NCBI GenBank assembly: GCA_951406725.2
Contig: OX597826.1
Coordinates: 26,040,001 to 26,104,000, forward strand
Length of the DNA stretch: 64,000 bases
Reading direction: 5' to 3'
DNA from: Octopus vulgaris
Lineage: Eukaryota
Shown: piece after piece, positions 1 through 14,080 of the stretch
Layout: each line of letters begins with the position of its first letter
How positions within the stretch are numbered: the stretch's first letter is position 1
Translations under genes and position numbers: made by a program
The notes under the pieces: generated by a model
The model's database searches: none
Told to the model about the DNA's origin: nothing
What the model saw: only the letters and a program-made list of their open reading frames with translations

Positions 1-313
1 ACCTTCACGTATGTGTGTGTATGTGTGTGTGTGTGAACAGGAAGTTTTGTATTATTTCTCTACCAATACACTTGCTTCTTTCACTTATTGAGATTACAAG
101 ATTGTACATGTAGGATAAACATGCAAGAAATTTCTGGACAGACAACCACATGGTACTTTTGGATAAAGTATTTACGTACATACCTACATACATAAATACG
201 TGCATGCGTACATACATATACATATATATCTTTCTCCCTCTCTCCCTCTCTGACTGTCTGACTGTCTCTGTCCGTCTGTCTGTCTCTCTCTCTATATACA
301 TATATGTGTGTGT

Positions 314-364
<51 letters not shown>

Positions 365-366
365 TG

Positions 367-676
367 GTGGCGCAATAGCCCAGTGGTTAGGGCAGCGGAT
401 TCGCGGTCGGAGGATCGCGGTTTCGATTCCCAGACCGGCCGTTGTGTGTGGTTATTGAACGAAAACACCTAAAGTTCCACGAGGGTCCGGCAGGGGGTGG
501 TGGAGACCCCTGTTGTACTCTTTCGCCCCAACTTTCTCTTACTCTTTCTTCCTGTTTCTTGAGTAAAGCTGCGATGGACTGGCGTCCAGCTGGTGGTGGT
601 GGTGGTGGGGGGAACACATACGCCACAGAAACCAGGAAACCGGGCCCATGAGCCTGGCTAGGCTTGAAAAGGGCGC
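367..676 (+). mobile_element. tRNA-derived SINE (family 1)
   Basis: tRNA-like head GGCGCAATAGCCCAGTGGTTAGGGC...GGTTTCGATTCCC with A/B boxes; related copies at ~1699-1880 (+), ~27390-27690 (-) and ~31950-32320 (-). Confidence 0.75.
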
Positions 677-708
677 ATAAATATATATATATATATATGT
701 AATAAATG

Positions 709-932
709 CGCCCTTTTAAAGCGGTCTCCCGGTTTCTATGGCGCATGTGTTCTCCAGCTGGACGGGACGCCAGTCCATCGCAGCGTTACTCATTTTTGCC
801 AGCTGAGTGGACTGGAGCAACGTGAAATGAAGTATTTTGCTCAAGAACACCACGCGTCACCCGTCCAGGAATCGAAACCACAGTCTTACGATCATGATGC
901 TTACACTCTAACCACTAAGCCACGCAGCTTCA
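709..932 (-). mobile_element. tRNA-derived SINE
   Basis: Minus strand reads GCGTGGCTTAGTGGTTAGAGTG...GGTTTCGATTCC (A/B boxes); 3' part shared with the family 1 SINE; similar head at ~17147-17290 (+). Confidence 0.65.
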
Positions 933-938
933 CATATA

Positions 939-1380
939 TCTATACATATACAGCTGAAATTGTCTCTCTGTGTGTAGCAGGTTTGGTAGCCTTCAACTAA
1001 CACTATCTCCTCCGAGATCCTGCGGCGCAAGTTGACCAAAATTGAGAGTATGATAGAAGAAAGCTTGCTCTTCATTCCGTAGAAGAAACAAATTCAAATC
1101 GGACTATGTTAAGACCAAAAATTATTTACATCAAAAAGCTGCATTTTTTCTATACAAATCCTTATTTTTTTACGATTTTTTGACTGCTGTGTCGCCATTT
1201 GTCTGTGTATTTCAACCAGAATAATGTTCACTTAAAGAGAATAACAAGCTACATAATGCACAATCTTTACTTTTCCAAAAAATTGAAACTATGTCAAAAA
1301 CTTGGTTGACGCCACATCAAAGTCTGCCGTTTTAAGCGCAACTGAAAAACAAACCCGAGCAACGCCGGGTGATACCGCTA

Positions 1381-1381
<1 letters not shown>
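939..1381 (+). mobile_element. Non-autonomous Helitron-like element
   Basis: Starts A|TC, ends with hairpin ACCCG-AGCAACGC-CGGGT followed by CTAG|T, the canonical Helitron termini; no TSD. Confidence 0.65.
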
Positions 1382-1440
<59 letters not shown>

Positions 1441-1500
1441 TGGCAGATAAATGGATAGATAGGTAGATTGACAGATAATTAGTCAGAAATAGGTGGTACA

Positions 1501-1593
1501 TCATATCGACCGTTATAAAATGTTTTCTCATACAACCGATTGTACCATCAAATTTATAAAGATGAGTATGATAATGAGCCTTAAATAAATCAA
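1501..1593 (-). pseudogene. Degenerate duplicate of part of gene B exon 4
   Basis: Aligns with 2436-2529 and encodes FKAHYHTHLYKFDGTIGCMRK; 1-nt deletion relative to the real exon, Cys5 codon lost, no splice acceptor. Confidence 0.85.
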
Positions 1594-1626
1594 TAGATGT
1601 ATGCATACGGATGCATATATATATGC

Positions 1627-1668
<42 letters not shown>

Positions 1669-2406
1669 AGGCGCATATTGTGGAGGCGCATATTGTGTAG
1701 GCGCAATGGCCCAATGGTTCAGGCAGCGGACTCGCGGTTGTAGGATCGTGGTTTCGATTCCCAGACCGGGCGTTGTGCGTGTTTATTGAGCGAAAACACC
1801 TAAAGCTCCACGAGACTCCGGTAGAGGGTGATGGCGATCCCTGCTGTATTCTTTCGCCGTAAATTTCTCTCACTTTTTCTTCTGTTGGCCTACTTGCTTA
1901 GTCAGCGGGGTGGCGTCATTTGAAGGCTAAAACAATGCGAAACGCATGGTGACCAGCGATGTGTAGCAACATCTGATAGGTCACGTGATCACGTAATATA
2001 TATATATATATACATACATACACACACGTACACACACATACGTACGCATAGAGATGCACACACTCACATTCACACATACACATGTATAGGTATGTGTGTA
2101 TGCATGTATTTATGTATACTGCTTTTTCCATTAGTCTGGGGATCGAAAAGAGGAACTTTTCAAACAAGAAAACTTTTCACTGTTTAATTTTCTTTATTTC
2201 ATTTTATACATTTGTCTTTTACAATTAAGCTCAAGAAAATAACTTTAAGCTGAATATACTTACCAACAAACTTTATATCTAGTTTTGTCTTCAGATTAAT
2301 AATTTTTATTTTGTCAATTAAAAAAAGAAATAAAGAACAGCTCTATTGCCTGTTTTATACAGTGGATGATGAAACTCACGCGTCCCCATCTTAACTCAAT
2401 TGATAT

Positions 2407-2621
2407 TTACATTATTGACATCGAAGGTGCTTCGTCATATCGATCGTCATAAAATGATTTTCTCATACAACCGATAGTACCATCAAATTTATATAAATGA
2501 GTATGATAATCAGCCTTAAAGCACATCAAGAGTATACTACTGGTGTAATGATGGATCTTCACTGTAAACTCGACCTTCACATACGAAAGCTGGATATCAA
2601 CCTCGCGCTCATTATTATGAT
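2407..2621 (-). CDS. Gene B exon 4 (last coding exon), secreted 6-Cys DUF4773-like protein
   Basis: Acceptor ttttatttactttacag; phase 1; NHNNEREVDIQLSYVKVEFTVKIHHYTSSILLMCFKADYHTHLYKFDGTIGCMRKSFYDDRYDEAPSMSIM*; aligns with gene A exon 4; AATAAA on the minus strand at 2305-2310 and 2193-2198. Confidence 0.88.
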
Positions 2622-2814
2622 CTGTAAAGTAAATAAAAGTGAAGATATATATTCATATGTATAAATACACATACAAAAAACGCGCACGCACACACACATA
2701 CATGCTACATGCATAGATAGATAGATACATACGTCATTCGAAGGCTAAAACAATGAGAACGCATTGTGACCAGCGATATGTAACAACATCTGATGGTCTG
2801 GTCGGTCACGTGAT

Positions 2815-2873
<59 letters not shown>

Positions 2874-3747
2874 TCAGACATTGGGATGTCATACATTACT
2901 GGTCAAATTGCGCCTAGCACCAAGTTTTAGATTTGGAATGATGCCACACCACTGCAAGGTGAGAAGACCAGCATTCTCCCGAATCTGAAAGTTATTCCGT
3001 CGTAGGGAATACCCGTTTACTGGAGAGTGGACTGGAGGAACTCCAGTTAAAGTGTTTCGCTCAAGAGCATAAAGCACCGCCGGGTCCAGGAAACGAATCT
3101 ACAATCTAGCGAATCATGTGTGCAACAGCCAAAGCACTAGGTGTAAGCTTAAGTGGCTTGATTTGAAATTGCTTGACGAAAATGTTTGCTTTCACACATT
3201 TTCCTCAGCCATTTTCTCTCACCATTCATTGCTGGACCAGTCATTTGTCTACAGTGAGATTAACGACGAGACCACTTGTTTTAAATGTAAGCTACTTGAC
3301 CACACCGCCATAAAGGCGCCTACACACACACAACACACACACACACACGCACGCACACACACACACACACACATGTATATGTAGTTTGCATATGTGTGTG
3401 TAAGTGTGTGTATGTCTGTGTATGTGTGTGCATATAATCGCGTATGTGTGTGTATGTGTATGCATGTGGGTGTACAGAGCCGGATTTACGTATAGGTCAA
3501 ACCTTAGCGACAAAAAATAAAACTATATTTATGGTAATCAAAAAACAATTGGTGATTTGTTTTTCATCATTTATATTTTTTAAAAATTATTGTACCCTCA
3601 ATTGTGTTACTGGATCCATTTGACTTTAAAACGCCACTGAATCTACCTAGGCACTTAGTTTCGTACCCTCTTCAAACTGTTTCAGGAACCTAGATTTAAA
3701 GGCACATTCTATATTTATCTTATTTTGAAGCAGTAATATTGCTGTTG

Positions 3748-3911
3748 TCTTCTTCTTCTTCTTCTTCTTCTTCTTCTTCTTCTTCTTCTTCTTCTTCTTC
3801 TTCTTCTTCTTCTTCTTCTTCTTCTTCTTCTTCTTCTTCTTCTTCTTCTTCTTCTTCTTCTTCTTCTTCTTCTTCTTCTTCTTCTTCTTCTTCTTCTTCT
3901 TCTTCTTCTTC
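3748..3911. repeat. (TTC)n microsatellite, about 54 units
   Basis: Pure trinucleotide run; source of the poly-K/E/S ORF artefacts. Confidence 0.98.
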
Positions 3912-3941
3912 CAATCAGGACTCACGCCATTAACCACAGAG

Positions 3942-4127
3942 AATAATCTCTAAATTCGAGCCTACTCTAAGCTACTAAGAATGCGTGTGGCAACTTGAAG
4001 ATCCACACACCACATGCGATAGACTGGCGGTATCTGTATATATATATATATATATATATATGGTGGATCTTCAAGTTGCCACACGCATTCTTAGTAGCTT
4101 AGAGTAGGCTCGAATTTAGAGATTATT
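3942..4127. repeat. Perfect 65-bp inverted repeat (foldback) in gene B intron 3
   Basis: 3942-4006 is the reverse complement of 4063-4127; spacer contains (TA)n. Confidence 0.92.
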
Positions 4128-4154
4128 TATATATATATCTCCACACACAGACAA

Positions 4155-4185
<31 letters not shown>

Positions 4186-4508
4186 TATGTGTGTGTGTAT
4201 CAAATACATCAAATTCCAACCGCAAGGTATTTTGTCATTTCATGTCTATCGTTGAAGATACTTGCTCCAACTATCAAATGGAACCACGTTGTTATGAGCA
4301 GAACTTAATATCTTGCCAATAACTACATCGCATAAGGTGTTGAGTTCAGTTGTCGCTGGTGAATTATGTTTTGTTTTTTCAATGTCAGTATTGTGGAATA
4401 GTTGAAATATTATTGCAAATGAAGTGCTTTGACAATGCCAAGCTCAGACATGTATAACCTTTTATTTCAGCAAACAACAATTATGTCATTTAAACGAATG
4501 ATACTTAC

Positions 4509-4595
4509 TGTTTAAAAACCCTCTAGTTATGTGTTTGGTACCTGCTTTAATCATATAATGTAGGTGCGGATAAGCGGCAATCATTACCATACACA
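4509..4595 (-). CDS. Gene B exon 3
   Basis: Acceptor ctcttatatttttcag, donor gtaagt; 87 nt, phase 1-1, open frame VCMVMIAAYPHLHYMIKAGTKHITRGFLN; equivalent to gene A exon 3. Confidence 0.87.
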
Positions 4596-5971
4596 CTGAA
4601 AAATATAAGAGAAAAGGACAAGGTTAGTATGAAAAACAGAGAGCAATATGTAGTATATAAACAGTTGGTTTCTAATGAAGTCACAAGAGCAGCAGCTTCG
4701 GTAGACAGAGGGTTTGTCATTACCATTAGTCCTTGTACGTCACTGGTCCTTGTATTTCACTGGTCCTTGTACCTTCGTTAATACCGAAGTTACGAATGAC
4801 AGAGTAGATGGCGGTGGGATATGGATTGAGAACGTAAAAAAATGTAACAAATACCACAAATAATTTCTTAAGATGCACTAACGTTTCCACCTTTCCAAAC
4901 CCTATTACAAGGAATTATTCTCATTTCGTTGTTATAACAAGATATAAAAGTGGTGGGAAATCAGGTGAATCCTTAGAGCGTCGGGAAAAAAAGCCCTGAA
5001 ATATTTCTTCTGGGTCTAAACGACATGCTGGCGGAATTGATAGCACGCCAGCAAAATGCTTAGCGGCATTTCGCCTGTCTTTACTTTGAGTTCAAATTCC
5101 GTCGAAGTCGATGTGCTTTTCATCCTTTCAAAATCGATAAAATATGTACCAATGATTAGTGGGATCGGTGTTATCGACTTCCCCACTTTTCCGGAATTGC
5201 TGGCCTTGTGCCCAAATCCGAAACCTGCATTTCTTTTGTTTCTATATGTTCTGAGTTCAAATTCCACTGAGGTCGTCTTTGCATTTCAGCATTTCGAGCT
5301 CGGTGAAGTAAAGTTCCTGTCAAGTACCAGGTTAGATGATATCAACCTGCTGGCTTTCTTACATAGATTTGAATTAATTATTTTAACAAAACTCGAAAAA
5401 AAAATTATATTCAGTTACTGTTGTCTCTCTAAAGAAGCCTATGATGCATAAACTCAAACCTTTATGACAAACTGGAAATTATTCTGTTGCCTGAAATAAT
5501 AATGATGAGCTATTTTGGCGCAGCCGTTCTGGCGCCGCTTGCTTGGTGTCGCTGATACGAAACTGAGTTATTTCACATCAAATGTTTTAATGAATCGTTC
5601 GTTTTAATGTTCCTCTCGTTGTTTTCTTTCATTCATTCATTCCACTTCCTCTTTGACTGTCTCTGTCTATCTCTTTCTCTTCGTCTCTGTCCTTCTCTCT
5701 CTCTCTCTCTCTTTCTCTTTGTCTATGTCTCTCACTTTCTCTGTTTCTCTTTCTGTCCCGTTCTATCCCCCTCTCTCTGTATGGGGCAAATGAAAGTTCC
5801 TATATCAATCGTGTTCTATTAATATATCGTCATGGCTCTTTCTCTCCTGCTCTCTCGGTTTAATTCGCTCCTTCTATCTATATATGTATATTTCCGAGCT
5901 TGTGTGCGCGTGCGACCGTGTGTGCGTGCATGCATGCACGTAGGTGAGTTTGTGTGTATGTGTGTGTGTGT

Positions 5972-6017
<46 letters not shown>

Positions 6018-6399
6018 TTCTCTCCAACGCTAAAGAAAGACAGTCACCAAAACAGGCTCAATATCTAATCTGCTGTGCCAGATCCTCAGCGTCCAACCAG
6101 CTGCGCCCACTTGTCTGGTTCCAGGTGGACAAATAGCAAACTCAGGTGTACTCAGCTGAGTTCTTTGTGTACTCTCTCTCTCTCCCTGATAATGCGAGTG
6201 GACATATTTCTCTTTATGTGTAAGGGAAGAATGAAAGCGGTTATATCAACCGTGTTCGATTAATAAATAGCCAAGGCACTTTCTCTCCCTCCTTCTTTAT
6301 TTCTTCCTCACTCATCCCATCTGTGTATGTGTGTGTATGTGTATATATGTGTGTATGTGTGTATGTGTGTGTGTGTGACAATGTGTGCATCTGTGTGTG

Positions 6400-6890
6400 T
6401 GTGTGTGCATGGTAGCGTGTGTTGTGTATGTTAGCGTGTGTGTGTGTGCATGGTAGCGTCTGTGTGTGAATGGTAGAGTGTGTGTGTGTGTATGTAAGCG
6501 TGTATGTGTGTGAATGGGTGCGTCTGTGTGTGTGTGTGCATGGTAGCGTCTGTGTGTGTGTGCATGGTAGCATGTGTGTGTGTGAATGGGTGCGTCTGTG
6601 TGTGTGTGTACATGGTAGAGTGTGTTTGTGTGCATGGTAGCATGTGTGTGTGTGAATGGGTGCGTCTGTGTGTGTGTACATGGTAGCGTCTGTGTGTGTG
6701 TGCATGGTAGCATGTGTGTGTGTGAATGGGTGCGTCTGTGTGTGTGTACATGGTAGCGTGTGTGTGTGTATGTATGGTAGCCTGTGTGTGTGCATGGTAG
6801 CGTCTGTGTGTATGTGTGTGTGCATGGTAGCGCGCGCGTGTGTGTGTGTGCATGGTAGCGTGTGTTTGTGCATGGTAGCATGTGTGTGTT
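6400..6890. repeat. Compound minisatellite (GT)n-CATGGTAGC / AATGGGTGCGTC
   Basis: Repeated CATGGTAG motif separated by GT runs, with a higher-order unit. Confidence 0.9.
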
Positions 6891-7503
6891 TGCCAAGAAA
6901 GATCCACCACCAAAACACTGAATGTCAAATTGTCAGCGCCCAACCAGCTGCGCTCAGTTGTCCCGTCCCAGGTGTTCCAATGACAAAATTAGAAGTACAC
7001 AGCTGAGTTTCTTGCAATGTTATGATAAGTCTTACGTTCTGAGTTCAAATCTACCTCGAATCACCGATTCGCATTCTCTTGGATTTCTTTTTCCACTTCA
7101 AAGACTGAGCTTTAATTTCGGTGTCATAGCCATAGACCCACAATTCGTCTCCTGTTATGATCCGTTTTGTAAAGGTTTCCCTCTTCTTAGACTTAGTCAA
7201 GAAGACCCTGTGCAGATACAACCCAATCTTCTTTTCGAAACGATCACATGCTACAGACTTTATTTCCGAGAACTGCTATCAACAACGTAAGTGAGCGAGA
7301 ACATGTTAACTTAATGTGTATGCGCGACATAGCTCAAAACGATTCTGTGCCAAGCGGCTTCAAACAGCATAGTTTAGCTCCGTTACTATAGCAACAATCC
7401 AGATATATTTGTTCAGACCTTACACGTTAACGACGACAATTATGCTTTGTAAATAAATAAAAGATAATCTACCGACACAAAATAAAAATAAGAATCTACA
7501 TAC

Positions 7504-7704
7504 CTCGTGTACTAGTGAAATGGAATGCAAAGCAACACGCTCCTACACGATTATGCCAGGCACATCTCATTATCGGCAGAAAAAACGAATTTGGATTTGG
7601 ATTTTCCAGAGCAAAATTAACATTCGGATTTTGTGTTGGTTCTTCATCAACCTTGAGTTCTTCAACAACGTCCTCTAGACCATTAATCACTTCATCAATT
7701 TTGC
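7504..7704 (-). CDS. Gene B exon 2 (acidic pro-region plus Cys1-3)
   Basis: Acceptor tacaatattttcag, donor gtatgt; 201 nt, phase 1-1; GKIDEVINGLEDVVEELKVDEEP...MRCAWHNRVGACCFAFHFTSTR; matches MKCSWNQNIGECC in gene A exon 2. Confidence 0.9.
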
Positions 7705-8080
7705 CTGAAAATATTGTAAAAAGCATTCATCAATTGGTTTAATACCTAATGTAAGACACAATGCAAGAAATTGTCGCTATATTCTTCTTTTTCTGCACAT
7801 TTATGTAATTTTTACACGAATGGGTTTTCTTTCAATTTGCAACCTGTTTTACATGCTTACCTATTTCAAAGGTTACGCCCCAAAAATTCTGAATCCGAAT
7901 TTATGCGTGTGTGTGTGCGTGCATGGGCGTGTGTGTGTATTATGTATGTGTCAAGTGCCCATGGTGCAGAGTTTAAGGTGTTGTACTCTCGATCGCTTGA
8001 TCGTTGTTTGAATGCCTGCAACGGGTGGCGCTTTTTGTTCTTGAGAAATTGACTCCATCTCACATCACTCTGCGCATATA

Positions 8081-8143
<63 letters not shown>

Positions 8144-8224
8144 TTTTTTCTTTTTTTTTTTCTTTTTGTATACAAACACAAATATATATATGTGTATGTG
8201 TATGTCCGTGTTTGTATGTATGTA

Positions 8225-9123
<899 letters not shown>

Positions 9124-9193
9124 GTTTATGTTTTCCAGTTTCATCTCTTGAGCTGTGGCCATGCTGGGGCACCGCCATTATATATATATATAA

Positions 9194-9250
<57 letters not shown>

Positions 9251-9789
9251 TGTAGTAACAGAAAGGAGAAATTTCGATTATCCCCATGTCGTGAGTTGTA
9301 ATATATATGAGAAATTAAAAAAGGAAAACACACACGCTATACATAGTTTTAATATAATTTTTAAAACTATAACCAATTACCTCCCTTTATTTTTCTACTT
9401 GAGAGTCATTCGCTCGTAAGTATCATCACACACATGGACAAAATCTCTTATTAAGAAAATACATATTCAAATAAGTAAACAATGATATCATGCATCACTG
9501 ATGTGTTTACGTAGCAAAAATCGCCAGTAGAATATGTAGCTGGGTTTAAAAGCAAACATAAATAGTGGGGTCGATTCGATCGATTAAAATTCTTCAAGGT
9601 ATTGCTCCAAAACAAGGGCACATCCTAATGATATAAGCAAGTTAAATTTGAAAGATGAAGGATACATGTATATGCGAGTTTATGCGTGTATGTATGCATA
9701 TGTCCCCTCTATGTTTAGCCCCTTGTGGGCAATAAAGAAATATATATGAATCAACACCTCTGTCAGGCTATCTCTCTCTCTCTCACTAT

Positions 9790-9847
<58 letters not shown>

Positions 9848-10007
9848 TTATATATATGTACATACACTTACACCCAAAAACATATATATATGTATATATC
9901 CACACACGCACATATATATATATATTTATATATGCATACATATTTATACATATGTACATACACTTACACTCCAAAACATATATATATGTATATATCCACA
10001 CACGCAC

Positions 10008-10075
<68 letters not shown>

Positions 10076-10362
10076 TAGATAGATAAATATATATAGATAT
10101 GGCCGGCCTAAACGTTTAACATGAATTTCCTCCTCCATTTTCTAGAGGCCACTTGCTAGAGAAGTCATAGGCCAATTGGAGTATGAAGAAAAGATGTAAA
10201 GCTGAGCGCTTTATGGATGTGAAACTCAGGTAACTCCAAAGACCGGTCGGTCATATCTATCTTTAGATAGTCTGCTTCTCTATAACTTAAAGTTATGTAT
10301 ATATATATATTATGTACTTGCTTAGGAAGTGTTCTGATCTGAGATCGTGTGCTGGACCGAAG

Positions 10363-10570
10363 ACAATTGCAGCGTGGAAGGCGTTTATAAGCCATTTAAG
10401 AAACACACGAAAACCGTTAGATTCACTTCAACATTTAAATTTGAGATGCAGGACGGAAATTTGTCAGTGAACAGGTCGCGGTCTCAAATTGAATTTAAAT
10501 GTTGAAGTGAATCTAACGATTATTGTGTGTTTCTTAAATGGCTTATAAACACCTTCCACGCTGCAATCGT
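10363..10570. repeat. Inverted repeat with ~85-bp arms in gene B intron 1
   Basis: 10363-10446 is nearly the reverse complement of 10482-10570. Confidence 0.85.
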
Positions 10571-10714
10571 TATATATATATATATATATATATATAGATG
10601 CAATTATACACACACATATGTTGAGATAGAAGCTAGATAGATAAAGAGCTTGTGTCTGTGTATTTGTGTGTGGAATTATAGAAGACAGAATGTTGCAGAA
10701 GATGAAACACTTAC

Positions 10715-10802
10715 CTTCACTTATCTCCGGCACAATATTCACCACAGCACATGTTCCTAAAGAGAACATCAGGGCTAAGTAAAAGACTGCACTGGTCATC
10801 AT
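10715..10802 (-). CDS. Gene B exon 1 (signal peptide)
   Basis: [29 protein letters not shown]+G, donor gtaagt; hydrophobic signal peptide homologous to exon 1 of genes A and C; spliced CDS 88+201+87+215=591 nt, 196 aa, no internal stop. Confidence 0.9.
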
Positions 10803-10916
10803 ATTGGTGATGATTTCAATTTTCTCTTCTCAAAATTCGTCACGGGATCGTTCGCTAATGAGAAAGAAGCTTTGGCAAAAGAGACGCGAATGGATAACGC
10901 TTGACGGAATCTTTCG

Positions 10917-10924
10917 TATTTATA
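10917..10924 (-). promoter_or_regulatory. TATA box of gene B
   Basis: TATAAATA about 115-120 nt upstream of the ATG, in the same context (TATAAATAC..AA.ATTCCGTC) as genes A and C. Confidence 0.7.
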
Positions 10925-11364
10925 CATTTGACTTACAAGTGAATATACGTTGATTCAATTACAACAATAGAAGAGGCTGAGGAACAGCGATAAAAAACAT
11001 ATATTCAGGATAGGTTTCCTAAGGATTGTTAATACACTAATCTTAAGATACCAACTGCTTGAAAAGTTAAAACAAAATCAAAAACAACACGGAAAGCAAA
11101 ATGTGATAGATTATTTTTATTCGACGTTCAGCGTTCAAATTTAGCCGAGATCACTTTTACCTTTAATTCCCCCTGGGCTCGACAAAGTGTTCTACCAGTG
11201 ATGTACTGGTGTAGACGATATATATGTATCTATTCCTTTGTGTTATATATATATATATATATATATATGTTATATATATGTAGGTCCCGGGTTGAGTCGG
11301 GGTTAACCACAGTAAATAAGGTACTCAATACATAGCAGAGTAAATTAATTTATTATATAGAAGG

Positions 11365-11415
11365 AGCTTCTACAGGACTAGAACTGTTTCATTCAAAAGA
11401 AATCATCAGGAAGCT
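11365..11415 (-). ncRNA. Type I hammerhead ribozyme candidate in a Penelope-type terminal repeat
   Basis: agcttc-CTGATGA-tttcttttgaat-GAAA-cag(ttctagtc)ctg-TA-gaagct: 6-bp stem I, full core, stem III, GUA site; stem II opens with a U-U mismatch. Confidence 0.7.
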
Positions 11416-11611
11416 AGTTGACAAGAGTTGTTTTGGCATTTATACATTTAGGCAGGTTTAAAGGGGTGGTGGTGGGGGACTTTTTGGGGGTAGGCATGGC
11501 GCAAAACTATCATTCCTTAGGGGAGTGGTCAAAGGAATCGGTGGTAAAGTAGATAAAAGAATAAATAAAAGAATAAAAGAATAAATAGAAAAATAGAGTT
11601 TTAGGTAAATA

Positions 11612-11628
11612 AGGAGACTCACTTATAC

Positions 11629-11674
<46 letters not shown>

Positions 11675-11681
11675 CCACATA

Positions 11682-11733
<52 letters not shown>

Positions 11734-12630
11734 TACACACATACATACACATATGCACACACATGCCCATATACACACACATATACACATATGTGTACAT
11801 ATACATACATACATATACACACATATATGCATACATAGACATATACATATATACACATACACATACGTACACATACACACATGCACCCATATACACATGT
11901 ACATATGTACCCATATACATGTATCTACGTACACGCCCATACCCATACCCATACATACACTTATATAGGTCTACAGATATATATATATATATATAAATAT
12001 ATAAATAAGAGGGGATATACACCCCCATACACACACGCTCACATATCCATATATATGTATATATATATATATATATATATACATACATATATATATATAT
12101 ATATACATATATACACACACACCCATATACACATATATATACACATACATACACATACAGACCCATACATATATATACATATATATATATATAGTATGTA
12201 TGTATATATACATATGTGTATTGTATGTATGTATATATACATATGTGTATTGTATGTATATATATGTATATATATATATATATATATATGTACGCTCGTG
12301 TGTTTATGTATATGTAGGTATGTAGAGTTATGTGTATGTGCATGTATGTATGTATATATACATATGTGTAAATAGGTATATATGTGTATGTTTATATGTA
12401 TGTTTCCGTCTGTATAAAGGGTAACTGCATGTGTATATATATTTATGATTTATTATTTACGGTAACTGCATGTACATATATATTTATGATTTATTATTTA
12501 TTATTTATTACTTGAGTATGCGTTTGTATGCATGTATGTATTTATGTATATAAGGAGGCGCGTGAGTGTGTGTATGTGTATGCATTTGTATAAACATATG
12601 TATACATTTTTGCATGTATGTACTTATGTG

Positions 12631-12697
<67 letters not shown>

Positions 12698-13596
12698 ATA
12701 TATATATATGTGAATGTGTGTGTATATGTATATGTGTGTATTTGTGTGTATATATGTATATATATATATATGTGTGTGTACGCTTGTGTGTTTATGTATA
12801 TGTAGGTATGTAGAGTTATGTGTGTATGTATGTATGTATATATACATATGTGTAATTAAGTATATATGTATATGTTTATATATTATGTATCCATCTGTAT
12901 AATGGGTAACTGCACGTATATATATTTAATATTTATTATTTATTATTTGAGTATGCATGTATGTATATATGTATATGTCTGTGTGCATGTATGTATTTAT
13001 GAATATAAGGAGGCGCGTGTGTGTGTGTATGTGTATGCATATGTATAAACATATGTATACATTTATGCATGTATGTACTTATGTGTATATATAGATGCGC
13101 GCGTGTGTGTGTGTGTATGTGTGCGCATATATATGTGTGTATGTGTATATATGTATGTATGTATATGTGTATGTATATGTATATGTATATATATGTATAT
13201 ATATAGGTATGTGTATGTATGTGTATGTATGTGTATATGTATATGTGTATATATATTTATTAGTGTATATGTATGGACTAGTCTTCTGTGGGTGTATTGA
13301 GGTATGTATGTGTATGCGTGTAGATATGAATCTGTAGGTACGTGTACGTATGTGTATATACGTGAATGTATGTAGATGTATGTATGTATGAATATAACAC
13401 GTGCGGGTGTGTATGTGTGTGCATGTATATGCATGTGTATGTGTGTGTATGTGTATATATATGTGCGAATGTGTATACATATATGTATGTGTATGTATAT
13501 GTGTAGATATATGTATATACATATGTATATATATATATATGTATATATATGTATGGGTCTGTATGTGTATGTATGTATATATATATGTGTATATGG

Positions 13597-13630
<34 letters not shown>

Positions 13631-13637
13631 GTGTATG

Positions 13638-13683
<46 letters not shown>

Positions 13684-14080
13684 TATGGATATGTGAGCGT
13701 GTGTGTATGGGGGTGTATATCCCCTCTTATTTATATATTTATATATATATATGTGTGTAGACCTATATAAGTGTATGTATGAGTATGGGTATGGGCGTGT
13801 ACGTAGATACATGTATATGGGTACATATGTACATGTGTATATGGGTGTATGTGTGTATGTGTACGTATGTGTATGTGTATATATGTATATGTCTATGTAT
13901 GCATATATGTGTGTATATGTATGTATGTATATGTACACATATGTGTATATGTGTGTGTATATGGGCATGTGTGTGCATATGTGTATGTATGTGTGTATAT
14001 ATGTATATATATATATATATATGAATATGTGGGTGTATATATATATATATATATATGTATATGTATAAGTGAGAGTCTCC
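11612..14080. repeat. Complex (TA/TG) microsatellite block containing a ~570-bp inverted duplication
   Basis: ~11612-12190 is the reverse complement of ~13520-14080 (unique anchors ggagactcacttatac, ataagaggggatatacaccccc); additional direct repeats within 12290-13090. Confidence 0.85.

Noticed and set aside
367-440. tRNA gene candidates here and at other SINE heads
   Set aside because: A/B boxes run into repeated SINE bodies and tails; no complete cloverleaf with terminator
3647-3937. Poly-Lys/Glu/Ser proteins
   Set aside because: (TTC)n tract within gene B intron 3
6400-6890. CRISPR-like repeat/spacer pattern
   Set aside because: Spacers are GT runs rather than unique sequence; eukaryotic context with no cas genes
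13849-14077. Cys/Tyr-rich N-terminus of the 615-aa ORF
   Set aside because: Microsatellite fused in frame by chance to a 5'-truncated Penelope RT
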